A stretch of DNA of 64,000 nucleotides from Patescibacteria group bacterium (GCA_038065415.1 JBBTRA010000003.1:9314-73313), one strand, 5' to 3'. Positions 20,005 through 30,215 are shown, counted from the stretch's first letter. A program made the numbers and translations. Notes: a model not told the origin generated them from the letters alone.

Positions 20005-20472
20005 ATGCTTGAACTTACAACTGGTGTGATGTTCCTCATGTCATCCCTCTACGGTTCCGGACACAGCGATAATCACATTGAAACGATTAACGCAGCTACG
20101 GATACTGAACAGGCAACGACAACCGAAGCTCGCTCATTCACAGACTCAAAGCAGATCCAATCATATCTCCAGCAGGAATACTTCGACGCTCCCATCCTCA
20201 TTGAGGTTGCGCGTTGTGAATCGGAGTACCGCCAGTTCGATAAGAACGGTAAAGTTATCCGCGGACGTGCTGTCGCTGATGATATCGGCGTGATGCAGAT
20301 CAACGAATACTTCCATGGCGAGACCGCCAAGAAGCTCGGACTCGACATCTATACCACTGAAGGGAACGTCGCATACGCGAAATACCTCTACAGCAAGTAT
20401 GGACTCAAGCCTTGGTCAGCGTCAGCTCCGTGTTGGAATAAGAATGGAGACATCGCTTTGGCGAAAAAGTAA
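20005..20472 (+). CDS. small lytic transglycosylase (SLT/lysozyme-like domain) protein
   Basis: 155 aa; ARCESEY...GRAVADDIGVMQINEYFHG matches the SLT catalytic E-S and GLMQI-like motifs. Confidence 0.6.
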   Translation: MLELTTGVMFLMSSLYGSGHSDNHIETINAATDTEQATTTEARSFTDSKQIQSYLQQEYFDAPILIEVARCESEYRQFDKNGKVIRGRAVADDIGVMQINEYFHGETAKKLGLDIYTTEGNVAYAKYLYSKYGLKPWSASAPCWNKNGDIALAKK

Positions 20473-20492
20473 GATCGATTACCACTAGAGAA

Positions 20493-20530
20493 GCAAAAGT
20501 CCTCACGGATATTTCGTGAGGACTTTTGCG
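20493..20530 (+). terminator. rho-independent terminator
   Basis: aaaagtcctcacg-gatattt-cgtgaggactttt stem-loop. Confidence 0.6.
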
Positions 20531-20692
20531 TTACGCTCGAACAGTGCCCGTAGGGAAGAGGAGTGGAAAATTATCCCGGCACCGATCCTGTGCAGTATTC
20601 TTCTTTTCGATACCATGTCGCACAATATACATTAACGCACTATGCTAGGCTAAAACAAAAGCCCGTTAAGGGCCTTGGTTTGTTCTTATTTC

Positions 20693-21025
20693 TTAATCTG
20701 GTATCCGTTGCGGTTGTGAGATCTTCGGCGCACTGGATCTCAAACTATCTGGTTCCCCATCCTTTATCTTCTTCAGATTCTCGATGGCCGGTTCCCAGAT
20801 CAATTCTAAGAATATATCATTCCAGAGATACAAAACGGGCTTCTTGAGATAGTTGTCCCAAACATTGATCATAACCTCTTGAGCATACGAGAAATTATCC
20901 CTCCCTGCCGGAGAATTGACGATGTCGCGGATACTGAAGCCGAAGTAGCTCAACACCAGGAGCGCAATCACGATAATGACGACCGTACGCACGAGACCTT
21001 TATTGTTACGATTGATTCTTTTCAT
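20693..21025 (-). CDS. hypothetical small membrane protein
   Basis: Start assigned to MKRINRNNKG; TM helix VVIIVIALLVLSYFGF; minus-strand terminator hairpin aaggccc-ttaac-gggcttt at ~20655-20685. Confidence 0.35.
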   Translation of the reverse strand: MKRINRNNKGLVRTVVIIVIALLVLSYFGFSIRDIVNSPAGRDNFSYAQEVMINVWDNYLKKPVLYLWNDIFLELIWEPAIENLKKIKDGEPDSLRSSAPKISQPQRIPD

Positions 21026-21076
21026 AGAACAATTGTACCGCACATTCAACTGGTTGAGCCTGTGAGTTATTCACAG

Positions 21077-22366
21077 CTAGAGATATGACAGTGGGTTCAG
21101 GTAAGCCTTGAAGTCGGCAAGCGGTATAGTAGCTCCCGAGCAATTCTTGCTCATGCCAGGTGCAAGCTTGGTGATTCGTATACCTTCAGTCGCGTATACA
21201 CCATAGTGGAGGTGCGGGCCAGTCGTATAGCCCGTATTGCCACTGTAGCCGATGATCTGTCCCGTGACGACTTGCTGGCCAACAGAGACACTCTGCAGTG
21301 AGAGATGCGCATATAGGGTCGACAAGCCATTCCCGTGCTTGATCATGATCCATTTGCCATAGGAATAGCAGCTCGGAATGATATCAGTGTTGGCGACGCC
21401 GACAACAGTACCGGAGAGCGATGCCTTGATCGGTGTACCGATGGAAGCTCGAAAATCGACACCAGTATGACCCTTGCCGTTGTAGATCTGGGAATTGGCC
21501 GTAGCGAACGGTGTATTGCCGAAATACTGCGTTACGGTGATAGCATCGAGCGGCCACGACAAAACTCCAGAACCGGTGTGGGGGATACTGGCCGGATCTA
21601 TGGTCAACTTGAGTTGGGATTCGAGATCAAGCACTTCCCTCTCAAAGAGTTCTTTGAGATTCTTTTTTTGAGCGAGCATAGCTTGATATTTTGCCTCTGA
21701 CTGCTTGGTATCATCGAGAAGTTGCTTCTGCTGATTGGCGGTACCGAGCACGACGCTACGCTGATCTTTGAGCTGACTATTGAGGGACAGAAGCTCAGCC
21801 TTGGCCTTCTCAGTGGCCTTCTTGTTGACCTCAAGATTTGCCTTCGCATTCTCCAAGCTGGCGATACGGTCTACAAGGCCTTTTTGCACAGCAGCGATGC
21901 TATCGAGCGAACCCCAGGCCGCCGAGAGCGACTTCTCAGAGAGGAGGAGCTCGGGCAATGATCTACTTCCAAGTTCATTGACGCTCACATATGATCGAGC
22001 GATGATTCTACGATCATCAGATATTGTTTCTTGCTTGTCGGATATTTGAGAGCTGAGTAGTTGTATCTGAATGTTTTTCTCTACGATCTTGTTCTCTGTA
22101 ACTTTGATGTCAGCTTCAAGCTTCTTCTGTGTAAGCTGGAGAGATTTGACGGTAGCAGAAAGTGACGAGACTTGTGTACCGATCTCATCGAGCTGTTTCT
22201 GGTATCCTGCAATTTCTTTTTCGAGAGCCTTGATGTCTTCTGCACGCTGGCCGATCTTGGACTGGAGATCTGCAGCAGTCTGGGCAGACACAGAGAATGC
22301 GAGGAGTAGCGAGAATGATGCCAGAACGCATGCGGATATCCATGCTGCTACGCGGGTCTGCATCAT
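21077..22366 (-). CDS. M23-family murein DD-endopeptidase with N-terminal signal peptide and long coiled coil (EnvC-like)
   Basis: 429 aa; HTGVDF...GNTGYTTGPHLHY M23 zinc-binding motifs. Confidence 0.85.
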   Translation of the reverse strand: MMQTRVAAWISACVLASFSLLLAFSVSAQTAADLQSKIGQRAEDIKALEKEIAGYQKQLDEIGTQVSSLSATVKSLQLTQKKLEADIKVTENKIVEKNIQIQLLSSQISDKQETISDDRRIIARSYVSVNELGSRSLPELLLSEKSLSAAWGSLDSIAAVQKGLVDRIASLENAKANLEVNKKATEKAKAELLSLNSQLKDQRSVVLGTANQQKQLLDDTKQSEAKYQAMLAQKKNLKELFEREVLDLESQLKLTIDPASIPHTGSGVLSWPLDAITVTQYFGNTPFATANSQIYNGKGHTGVDFRASIGTPIKASLSGTVVGVANTDIIPSCYSYGKWIMIKHGNGLSTLYAHLSLQSVSVGQQVVTGQIIGYSGNTGYTTGPHLHYGVYATEGIRITKLAPGMSKNCSGATIPLADFKAYLNPLSYL

Positions 22367-23751
22367 CAGCTGATTTTATTAAGAGCAGCTGTGATCCTTT
22401 TCACTGATTCGTCTTTGCCGAGCACTGCAGCAGATATGAATGGATCCGGTGATCTTTCTTGTCCCGTAAGCGCCATACGAAGCGGCCAAAGCACGTCGCC
22501 TTTGCCGTTGGTTTCTACATAGGTCCAAATGCTCGCTTTGATATTTTCAGCTGTGAATCCCCCAGCATCCACTCCAGAAATAGACTGGAGCACAGCAGAA
22601 AGATGCGTCGCAGCAACCTTGGCATCGGGATTCTTCTTCCAGAGCAACATTTCAGGCGCGTACTCTTTGAGACTGTGCACAAAAGCGAGCTCACCAGTGG
22701 CGGCAAGCATGGTTGAGATTTCGGCAAATGTAGTGATCTTATCGCGGAGAACAGGAATCAAATTCTTGAACACGTCGCTCTTGGGGACGATCCATTCAGG
22801 TAAGAATGGAACCGCGTGCTCAACAAAATCAGCTTCAGACATCGTGAGAATATACTGACGATTGAACCAGCGAAGTTTTTCTTCATCAAAAACAGCACCA
22901 GCTTTTTGTACACGATCGAGCGAAAACTGAGCAACAATTTCATCAGTCGTGAGCACTTCCCTATCATCCGATGGATGCCATCCAAGGAGGGAAAGGTAGT
23001 TGACGATAGCTTCACGGACGTATCCCCTACTCCGATATTCGCTGACTGGAACTGCACCCTTACGCTTAGAAAGCTTGGACTTATCAGCTGCCAAGAGGAG
23101 TGGAATATGAGCATACTGTGGTACAGGAGCACCTATAGCCTCGAATACGAGGATCTGCCGAGGAGTATTGGAAATATGATCTTCACCACGGATGATATGA
23201 GTGATGCCCATCTCATGATCATCGATGACAACGACCAGATGGAAAACTGGTTCATCCTCACTCTTGGCGATCACGAAATCACCGAGCTCTGTCGTATCAA
23301 ACTCAATGCGTCCGCGAATGATATCGTCGAAGACAACTTTCTTGTTGGGATTCTTGAAACGAATGACACTGGAACGGAGCTGGCCGACGTCGACCTGTTT
23401 GCCTTCTTTTGCAGCGGCTTTGGCGTACTCCTCATTCTTCGCGGACTCGTCAGAGATATATGCATGACCCGACTCAATCATCTGATGGATGTATTTCTTG
23501 TAGATCTCTGTGCGATCTGACTGACGATAAAACTCATCATATTCAAGGCCGAGCCATTTGAGGCTTTCGACAATATTCTCTTCATATTCTTTCTTGGAGC
23601 GTTCCTTGTCCGTATCCTCGATACGCAGGATAAATTTACCCTTGTTTTGACGGGCATATATCCACGAAAAAAGCGCTGTGCGGTATGAACCGGCATGGAA
23701 ATAGCCTGTTGGGGATGGGGCGAAACGGGTAATGACTTTCTTAGGTTCCAT
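22366..23751 (-). CDS. gltX: glutamyl-tRNA synthetase
   Basis: Start assigned to MEPKKVITRFAPSPTGYFHAG (HIGH); KLSKRKG (KMSKS); stop TGA overlaps the downstream ATG (TGATG). Confidence 0.9.
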   Translation of the reverse strand: MEPKKVITRFAPSPTGYFHAGSYRTALFSWIYARQNKGKFILRIEDTDKERSKKEYEENIVESLKWLGLEYDEFYRQSDRTEIYKKYIHQMIESGHAYISDESAKNEEYAKAAAKEGKQVDVGQLRSSVIRFKNPNKKVVFDDIIRGRIEFDTTELGDFVIAKSEDEPVFHLVVVIDDHEMGITHIIRGEDHISNTPRQILVFEAIGAPVPQYAHIPLLLAADKSKLSKRKGAVPVSEYRSRGYVREAIVNYLSLLGWHPSDDREVLTTDEIVAQFSLDRVQKAGAVFDEEKLRWFNRQYILTMSEADFVEHAVPFLPEWIVPKSDVFKNLIPVLRDKITTFAEISTMLAATGELAFVHSLKEYAPEMLLWKKNPDAKVAATHLSAVLQSISGVDAGGFTAENIKASIWTYVETNGKGDVLWPLRMALTGQERSPDPFISAAVLGKDESVKRITAALNKIS

Positions 23752-23906
23752 GAGGGATAGTATAGCAGAAAATGGGTGCACTGGAAGAATTATTGACATA
23801 GGGAAAAATCCGGCTCAGAGTCGAAAAAAGACATATTATGCACAGATAATAAAAAAACGGCACACAAGACTTTGTATACCGTTAACACCTCGCACCCGTG
23901 TATCCA

Positions 23907-24407
23907 TCAAATGATTTTGTGCTTTAACAAAAGGTTTCTGCCTTTTTGAGAAAGTATCCACTTGCGGCGCATCTGCGGCAAGGAAGTGCACCCGCCACTC
24001 TGAATCAGGAGACCCCTACTCCTCATCTTCTCAAAATCAACATCGAACCTTAACCTGTCGGGCCCTGTTTCATCCCAATCCCAGATCATGAGAAGCTGCC
24101 ACAATTCCAATCGCGAGCTGTAGTCCAAAACCTCAGCAAAAGCGTAGAGTATCTTGATCTGTTTTGAATTAAGGTCGGAACGAGTAAATCTGCGTTTATT
24201 CGCCTCATACCACTCATCCAGTGCGACGCAGTGGGCCAACCATGCCTCTTTTTGATCTTCGGTTATAATGTTCCGATTGTCTTCTGAATCTGTGCTTTCG
24301 CGGCGTCCCATGAGCATGATTCCCACAACTATTACAACCAGAAAGGGTACAACAACGCCTACGGACTTTATTAAATCCATGTCTAAATCCATATGGGTAT
24401 CCTCCAA
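23907..24407 (-). CDS. hypothetical membrane-anchored protein
   Basis: 166-aa ORF with N-terminal TM helix VGVVVPFLVVIVVGIMLM. Confidence 0.35.
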   Translation of the reverse strand: MEDTHMDLDMDLIKSVGVVVPFLVVIVVGIMLMGRRESTDSEDNRNIITEDQKEAWLAHCVALDEWYEANKRRFTRSDLNSKQIKILYAFAEVLDYSSRLELWQLLMIWDWDETGPDRLRFDVDFEKMRSRGLLIQSGGCTSLPQMRRKWILSQKGRNLLLKHKII

Positions 24408-24501
24408 TTCTTAGTCTATTCAACTGTCAAACTGATGTTCCAAAACCACCTGACCAAAACTGTATCACGATTTTTTTAGAAAGTAAATAGATGATACTCC
24501 C

Positions 24502-25476
24502 CTATTTAATGACGCTATTCTTCACCGTCCCTTGCTCCAGAAATGCGATTACATTCTGTGCTGCAACCTTCGCCATCTCCGTACGAGCAGATTCACGAGC
24601 AGAGGCGATGTGAGGCGTGAGAATGACATTGGGGAGCTTGGCGAGACCACGGGCGAGCTTGGGCTCGAACTCGAAAACATCAAGACCGGCGCCACGAATG
24701 GTGCCATTTTGTAGAGCTTGAACCAGGGCGTTCTCATCGACGACTGGACCACGTGATGTATTGATGAGGAATGCGGTCGGCTTCATCATACCAAGCCTGA
24801 TATCATTCATGAGATGTTTGGTCGATTCGAGCAGAGGTACATGCAGGCTAACAATATCTGACTGCACGAGGACTTCTTCCACAGTCTCGACACGGCGAGC
24901 CTTGTAGTCATGCTCAAGAGTCTCATTCCGATTGAGGTCATGATAGACAATCTCCATGTCAAAGCCACGGTAACAATGATGCGCCACACGTTCCCCTATC
25001 CTCCCTGCACCAATGAGTCCGAGTACTTTTCCTTGGAGATCGGTACCGACCAGATTCATGGGAGACCAGCCTTTGTACTTTCCGGCACGCACAAAGTCGT
25101 CCCCCTCCACAATGCGGGTAGTCAGACCGAGCATGAGCGCGAGTGTATGCTCAGCGATCGTGTATGCATAGTTTCCAGGCGTATTCGCAGCCTGTATGCC
25201 CCGCTTCTTGGCCTCAGCTACATCAATATTGTCATATCCTGTGGCATAGTTTGCATAGAGCTTTACTGTGGGAGCCGCATCGAATATAGTCGCGTCAATC
25301 TTGTCAGTCAAAAGAGAGATGACTGCATCATATGGTTTTTCTTGAAGAGCTTTGACGAGTTCCTTTTGACTCGGTACGCGATCTTTCGAATAAATATCAA
25401 CGATATAATCCTTTTCCTGGAGCATCTTGATTGCAATATCAGGAATCACGCGTGTAATATAGACAGACTTGGACAT
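24502..25476 (-). CDS. D-isomer-specific 2-hydroxyacid dehydrogenase (glycerate/phosphoglycerate dehydrogenase-like)
   Basis: 324 aa; NAD-binding GLIGAGRIGERVA Rossmann motif. Confidence 0.85.
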   Translation of the reverse strand: MSKSVYITRVIPDIAIKMLQEKDYIVDIYSKDRVPSQKELVKALQEKPYDAVISLLTDKIDATIFDAAPTVKLYANYATGYDNIDVAEAKKRGIQAANTPGNYAYTIAEHTLALMLGLTTRIVEGDDFVRAGKYKGWSPMNLVGTDLQGKVLGLIGAGRIGERVAHHCYRGFDMEIVYHDLNRNETLEHDYKARRVETVEEVLVQSDIVSLHVPLLESTKHLMNDIRLGMMKPTAFLINTSRGPVVDENALVQALQNGTIRGAGLDVFEFEPKLARGLAKLPNVILTPHIASARESARTEMAKVAAQNVIAFLEQGTVKNSVIK

Positions 25477-25493
25477 GTTCTCTCTAGTATAAC

Positions 25494-25521
25494 AAAAGAG
25501 TCGCCATGCGGCGACTCTTTT
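25494..25521. terminator. palindromic hairpin terminator for the minus-strand gene 25549..26058
   Basis: aaaagagtcgcc-atgc-ggcgactctttt. Confidence 0.5.
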
Positions 25522-25548
25522 GTGAAATACTATCGATCTGGTCGTGAA

Positions 25549-26058
25549 CTATCCCTTGATACCTGCTCCGACAGCAGATGAAGCACGGAAGAGTTTCATG
25601 ATAACATTGCCCCTTGAGTCCTTGATAGGAAGATCCTTGGTAGCATCGAATACCTTGTCTCCATCATCAGCGTGGAGCATAGCGTAGTAGATACCTCCCT
25701 CAACTGTAGACTTGGTGAGAGTAATCTTGCCTGGATTGATACCCTTCTCAAAGTACATTGAGCCGATCACATCACCTGGCTGACCATTCTTGTCTGCGTG
25801 CACAGCAACCCATCCGCCATTGGCGAGCTGGACTGATGAGAGATAGACGACGTTACCTGGATACTGGTCTGACATGACGATACGATTGACCTCAGTAGCC
25901 GCTCCGCCGCTTGTGTCGACTGGAGTGTTGCCGTCTGGATTCGTGGTGTCGGTTCCCTTATTACCGAACACCATGATACCAATGACGATAAGGGCGATAA
26001 TGACGATGGCTGTGATGACCCACTGCCACGCCTTGATGCCGCTCTGTTCTGGATTCAT
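25549..26058 (-). CDS. hypothetical membrane-anchored extracytoplasmic protein
   Basis: 169 aa; N-terminal TM helix WVITAIVIIALIVIGIMVF. Confidence 0.4.
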   Translation of the reverse strand: MNPEQSGIKAWQWVITAIVIIALIVIGIMVFGNKGTDTTNPDGNTPVDTSGGAATEVNRIVMSDQYPGNVVYLSSVQLANGGWVAVHADKNGQPGDVIGSMYFEKGINPGKITLTKSTVEGGIYYAMLHADDGDKVFDATKDLPIKDSRGNVIMKLFRASSAVGAGIKG

Positions 26059-26161
26059 ATGTTTATATGTTGATTGTTAACTTATTAAAATTCGACAGTT
26101 TTAGATTGATAGTATAGCACACTTATCCCCCAGAGATACTGTGGATGAACATTGACTAGAT

Positions 26162-27295
26162 TTATTTCTCGTGTTCTAGAGCTATATCCAAAATCGCATC
26201 TGCAATAACAGTCGCACTGTCCAACCGAGCAAATGCCTTAGCCTGCTTTTTCATAGTCTCCTTGATATTCGCAGAATTGGTGATACGGTCAATCTCCCCT
26301 ATCACGATGTGAGCACTCAGATTGTTCTGCTCTATGACAGAAGCCGCACCAGTCCGAGCATACGCAAATGCATTGGTGGTCTGATCATGACTGATCTCCG
26401 TCGGCAACGGGATGATGATCGATGGTACTCCCCAAGCTGCAATCTCGAAGATAGTAGACCCGGCTCGCGAAACTACAACATCAGCGACTCCAGCGGACAT
26501 ACGGAGCGCGAGTTCATTGAGATAGTCAAAAGGATGGTACCGGGATGCATACGGATGATCCTTGAGGAACACCGAGCTCGTCTGCTTGATTTCATCGAGA
26601 TTTGCTCGTCCCGTCTGATGGATAACCTGATATCTATTGAGAAGTTCCGGTAAACCTTGGATGATAGCGTCGTTGATCGAAGCTGCACCCTGAGATCCTC
26701 CGAGAATCAAGATAACCGGAACATTCTGCTCAAGCTGAAGGAATTCATGAGCCCCGTTGGAAAGTGGTTGAGCTATCTCGCTCCGGATGGGACATCCTGT
26801 AAGGGCTACAACCCCCTCTTTCTTGGTGAAGTACTGGGCAGCATCAGGGTATGAGATAGCAATCTTCTTGGCGAACTTGCCAGCCCACACATTGACTCTC
26901 CCCGGCTTGCTATCCGACTCGTGAATGATGACCGGTATCTTGAGAAGTTTCGCGGCAAAGAGTGCCGGGAAGCTCGCATATCCTCCTTTGCCAAATACCA
27001 CATCAGGATATATGCGAAACAAGCTACTAACGGCTGATATACAACCAAATACTGTCTTGAATACATCTGTAAGATTGAGGAGTGAGAAATAGCGGCGCAT
27101 TTTGCCCGCAGAGACGCTCACGAACTCAAGCTCGTTGTCGAACAACGCGCGGGCATTGTACTTGGTCGGCGCCATATAGTAGAACTGCGGCGCAATGATC
27201 TTGCGTTCGGCGATCCTGGCGCGTAGAGCTTGGGCGACGGCAATAATTGGATAGAAATGGCCTCCTGTGCCTCCTCCGGTAAATAGGATTTTCAT
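26162..27295 (-). CDS. murG: undecaprenyldiphospho-muramoylpentapeptide beta-N-acetylglucosaminyltransferase
   Basis: MKILFTGGGTGGHFYPIIAVAQAL N-terminal glycine-rich motif. Confidence 0.9.
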   Translation of the reverse strand: MKILFTGGGTGGHFYPIIAVAQALRARIAERKIIAPQFYYMAPTKYNARALFDNELEFVSVSAGKMRRYFSLLNLTDVFKTVFGCISAVSSLFRIYPDVVFGKGGYASFPALFAAKLLKIPVIIHESDSKPGRVNVWAGKFAKKIAISYPDAAQYFTKKEGVVALTGCPIRSEIAQPLSNGAHEFLQLEQNVPVILILGGSQGAASINDAIIQGLPELLNRYQVIHQTGRANLDEIKQTSSVFLKDHPYASRYHPFDYLNELALRMSAGVADVVVSRAGSTIFEIAAWGVPSIIIPLPTEISHDQTTNAFAYARTGAASVIEQNNLSAHIVIGEIDRITNSANIKETMKKQAKAFARLDSATVIADAILDIALEHEK

Positions 27296-27310
27296 GTGGG
27301 GATTATATCA

Positions 27311-28408
27311 TTACCTCGAATATTTCGACACATTGGCAACCATGCCCGACGCGGCTAGAATGATGATCAAGGCCGTACCTCCATGAGACACGAACAAGAG
27401 CGGCAACCCAGAGAGCGGAATGATACCAAGCATCGCGCTGATGTTCATGAACGATTCCACGATAATGAGAACTGCAAGTCCTATTGCCAACATAGATCCA
27501 AATGGGTCGTGGGTATGAGTGCCAATACGGAAACAACTAACTGCCAATGCGACATAGAGCGCAAGTAGCACGAGACTACCGAGAAAACCGAATTCTTCTG
27601 CAGCTACCGCAAATATCGAGTCACCGATAGGCTCAGGCAAGTAGCCGAACTTCTGTACGCTTTGACCGAAACCACGGCCGGCCCATTGACCCGAACCGAT
27701 AGCAATGAGCGATTGATTGACCTGATATCCCGCGCCTAATGTGTCACTCCCATCATTGATGAAGGTCTTCACACGCTCGAGGGCATACGGACGGAAGAAT
27801 AGAACCCCTGCGATGACAAAGATCATAGCCAAACACGCGAGGCCAATATGTTTGAGCGGTAACCCGGAAATAAAGAGCATGACGATGCCAGTGAAGCCAA
27901 TGATGGCGAGTGTATCAGTGTCTGATTGTGCCAGAAGAAGCGCACTCAAGACTGCCATTAGGAGCAGGTACGGGAGCAGACCAAACTTGAAACTGGCAAT
28001 CTTGTCTTTTGCAAAATGTGCCCATGCGGCAAGATATATGATGAAGGCAATTTTGAGAAACTCGGACGGTTGAAAAGAAACAAACCCGATATCGATCCAG
28101 CGTGCAGCACCTCCATGATGGAGAGAGAGTCCTGGTATGAAAAGAAGTAGGTTGACGATCACTGCTCCAACGAGAATGAAGAAAGCATACTTACGGAGCC
28201 CGTGATAGTTGAAACGAGAAAATCCCCAGAAGGCAGCAATACCGATCATGAGACTGATACCCTGCTTGAGAGCAACAGAACTGAAACTGATATCATCCTG
28301 CGCAAGGAGCCCAAGGGAAGCGGAAAGGAATATGACAAATCCCGCAATTGTTAAGGCGGCGACTGAAATGAGAAAAAACCGGTCAATTTTTGCGGTTGCA
28401 GGTGACAT
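27311..28408 (-). CDS. ftsW: SEDS-family peptidoglycan polymerase/lipid II flippase (FtsW/RodA)
   Basis: 365 aa; about 10 TM segments. Confidence 0.85.
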   Translation of the reverse strand: MSPATAKIDRFFLISVAALTIAGFVIFLSASLGLLAQDDISFSSVALKQGISLMIGIAAFWGFSRFNYHGLRKYAFFILVGAVIVNLLLFIPGLSLHHGGAARWIDIGFVSFQPSEFLKIAFIIYLAAWAHFAKDKIASFKFGLLPYLLLMAVLSALLLAQSDTDTLAIIGFTGIVMLFISGLPLKHIGLACLAMIFVIAGVLFFRPYALERVKTFINDGSDTLGAGYQVNQSLIAIGSGQWAGRGFGQSVQKFGYLPEPIGDSIFAVAAEEFGFLGSLVLLALYVALAVSCFRIGTHTHDPFGSMLAIGLAVLIIVESFMNISAMLGIIPLSGLPLLFVSHGGTALIIILAASGMVANVSKYSR

Positions 28409-28413
28409 TCCAG

Positions 28414-28992
28414 TTATTGGTCCTTGGTTACCGCATCTTGAGTAGATTCTAGAGCGTGTATAGGTGCTTGACCCATCTTGAACCCTTCAATATCCCGCCT
28501 GACTTGTTCGTATTCGGGGAGCTCCTCGACTTTTGGAAGGCCGAGATGCGAAAGCAACTGCAATGTAGTCTTGTACAAGAAGCTTCGTGCATCCTTGGGG
28601 TTCTCAACACGTTCGACGAGGCCACGGATGAGCAGATTCCTCACGATGAACTGCGAATTTACTCCGCGAATATAATCAATGTCAGCGCGCGATATCGGCC
28701 CCTGATAAAGAATTATCGAGAGGGTCTCCAGCCCTGCCTTACCCAGATCCCGCGTCAATTCCTCCTTGGTGAGCTGCTCGATCAACGCAGAGATCTCCTT
28801 GGCCGTGCCGAGCATGACCTCATCATCTGTTCTCACGAGCGTCAACCCTCTACCTTTCAGGGCACTTTCTAAGTCTTGTAAACCAGCATTGATTGCCTCT
28901 ACATCACTACCCAAAAGAGATGCGAGCTTTTTCACCGAAACAGGCTCTGCTTTCCAGAAGAGGACAGCCTCGAGTTGGGCGGAGAGATTCAT
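28414..28992 (-). CDS. scpB: segregation and condensation protein B
   Basis: 192 aa; QLEAVLFWKAEPVSVKKLASLLG tandem winged-helix pattern. Confidence 0.8.
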   Translation of the reverse strand: MNLSAQLEAVLFWKAEPVSVKKLASLLGSDVEAINAGLQDLESALKGRGLTLVRTDDEVMLGTAKEISALIEQLTKEELTRDLGKAGLETLSIILYQGPISRADIDYIRGVNSQFIVRNLLIRGLVERVENPKDARSFLYKTTLQLLSHLGLPKVEELPEYEQVRRDIEGFKMGQAPIHALESTQDAVTKDQ

Positions 28993-29035
28993 ATAGTCAA
29001 TTATAGGTGAAAATGCTCACGATGTCATACATGGA

Positions 29036-29758
29036 TCAATACCTCGGCACACCAACATCCTTGGTCTCCATATGTATATCATCGAAGTCTCGCTCTTGAG
29101 TCACCTGCAAAACCCCCTCTTTAACCAGCTCGAGCATGGCCAGAAAACTGACGATAACATTGACCTTCTCACCTTTGTGCTCACCAGTGAACTGCTTGAA
29201 GCTCATGCGCAAACTGCTCGTAATACGAGTTGTTAGTGTTCCGATCATATCTTCGAGACTGATGACCTTCTGGACCACATGCTTGGGCAAGCTCTCCTTT
29301 TTTGGAAGACGGTTGATCAGATCTTTGAGAGAGAAGAGGGCTTTTTCGAGAGTGAGCTCGGGCGCAGGTGCGAACACAGGCTGAACTGGACGTGAGGCTG
29401 ATTGGGGGAATATCATCTCAGTTCCAAACAACTTTTGGACATGCGCGCCAGCTTCTTTGATCCGCTTGAATATTTTGAGGCGCATCTCAAGGTCCTGAAT
29501 ATCACCCTTCTCTTCTTCAGTTAGGCTCAACTCCGGCAACAATGATTTGGACTTAATGAGAAGAAGTGTCGAGGCAATCAAGATGAAGTGAGCCGACTCC
29601 CCCATCGGCATATGCTCAAATTGGCGAACATGGGCAATGAAGTCATCGGTAACCTTGGCGAGAGAGATATCGCTAATGAAGAGCTTGCGCTTCTCGATAA
29701 GATCGAGAAGCAAATCGAGAGGCCCCTCGAAAGATTGAGTTTTGACAGTGAAAGCCAT
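29036..29758 (-). CDS. scpA: segregation and condensation protein A
   Basis: Start assigned to MAFTVKTQSFEGPLDLLLDLIEKRKL; TATAAT box immediately upstream on the minus strand. Confidence 0.8.
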   Translation of the reverse strand: MAFTVKTQSFEGPLDLLLDLIEKRKLFISDISLAKVTDDFIAHVRQFEHMPMGESAHFILIASTLLLIKSKSLLPELSLTEEEKGDIQDLEMRLKIFKRIKEAGAHVQKLFGTEMIFPQSASRPVQPVFAPAPELTLEKALFSLKDLINRLPKKESLPKHVVQKVISLEDMIGTLTTRITSSLRMSFKQFTGEHKGEKVNVIVSFLAMLELVKEGVLQVTQERDFDDIHMETKDVGVPRY

Positions 29759-29785
29759 AGTCCGGGTATTATAGCGCATATCGAC

Positions 29786-30043
29786 CTACCTCTGAATGAC
29801 ACAGTCAAACTCCGCAATAGTCGTACTACCTACGAAAAAATAATCCTTGGCAAGCACGAGCTCACGAGTATCTGCACATGCACGACGATTGAGCTCCTTC
29901 TGGATCCGGTATTCCCTGCGCGCCACTGTATCCGCATAAGACATAGATGCTGCCGAAACAACGAGCGCAAAAATCAGACAGCCCGTAGAGAGTAGGATCA
30001 CTGCTGTCGTGGCGATGAAGCCACCGAGTTTTCTACTATTCAT
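29786..30043 (-). CDS. prepilin-like (minor pilin/pseudopilin) protein lacking Glu+5
   Basis: MNSRKLGG|FIATTAVILLSTGCLIFALVVSAA prepilin-type leader and hydrophobic helix; start ATG overlaps the stop of the upstream pilin (ATGAATAG). Confidence 0.45.
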   Translation of the reverse strand: MNSRKLGGFIATTAVILLSTGCLIFALVVSAASMSYADTVARREYRIQKELNRRACADTRELVLAKDYFFVGSTTIAEFDCVIQR

Positions 30044-30215
30044 GATTATACTCATAATTGATCGAGTCCATGAGGGAGTTGTTGCGGCTCTGAATCGCGT
30101 AGACATAACTGATAGTATTCGCCATCAAAAATGAAAGGAGCGATGCATATATCAGCGCTTCAACCAAAGTCACACCTTTTCGAGTTAGCCAATATGTTGA
30201 TCGAGTATTCTTCAT
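30036..30215 (-). CDS. type IV pilin (59 aa; below ORF-track cutoff)
   Basis: Hand translation MKNTRSTYWLTRKG|VTLVEALIYASLLSFLMANTISYVYAIQSRNNSLMDSINYEYNHE; canonical prepilin peptidase site G|xTLxE with Glu+5; ATGA overlap with the upstream gene stop. Confidence 0.6.
   Translation of the reverse strand: MKNTRSTYWLTRKGVTLVEALIYASLLSFLMANTISYVYAIQSRNNSLMDSINYEYNHE

Noticed and set aside
22816-23520. 234-aa + strand ORF
   Set aside because: Antisense to gltX.
24910-25581. 223-aa + strand ORF
   Set aside because: Antisense to the 2-hydroxyacid dehydrogenase gene and crosses its terminator.
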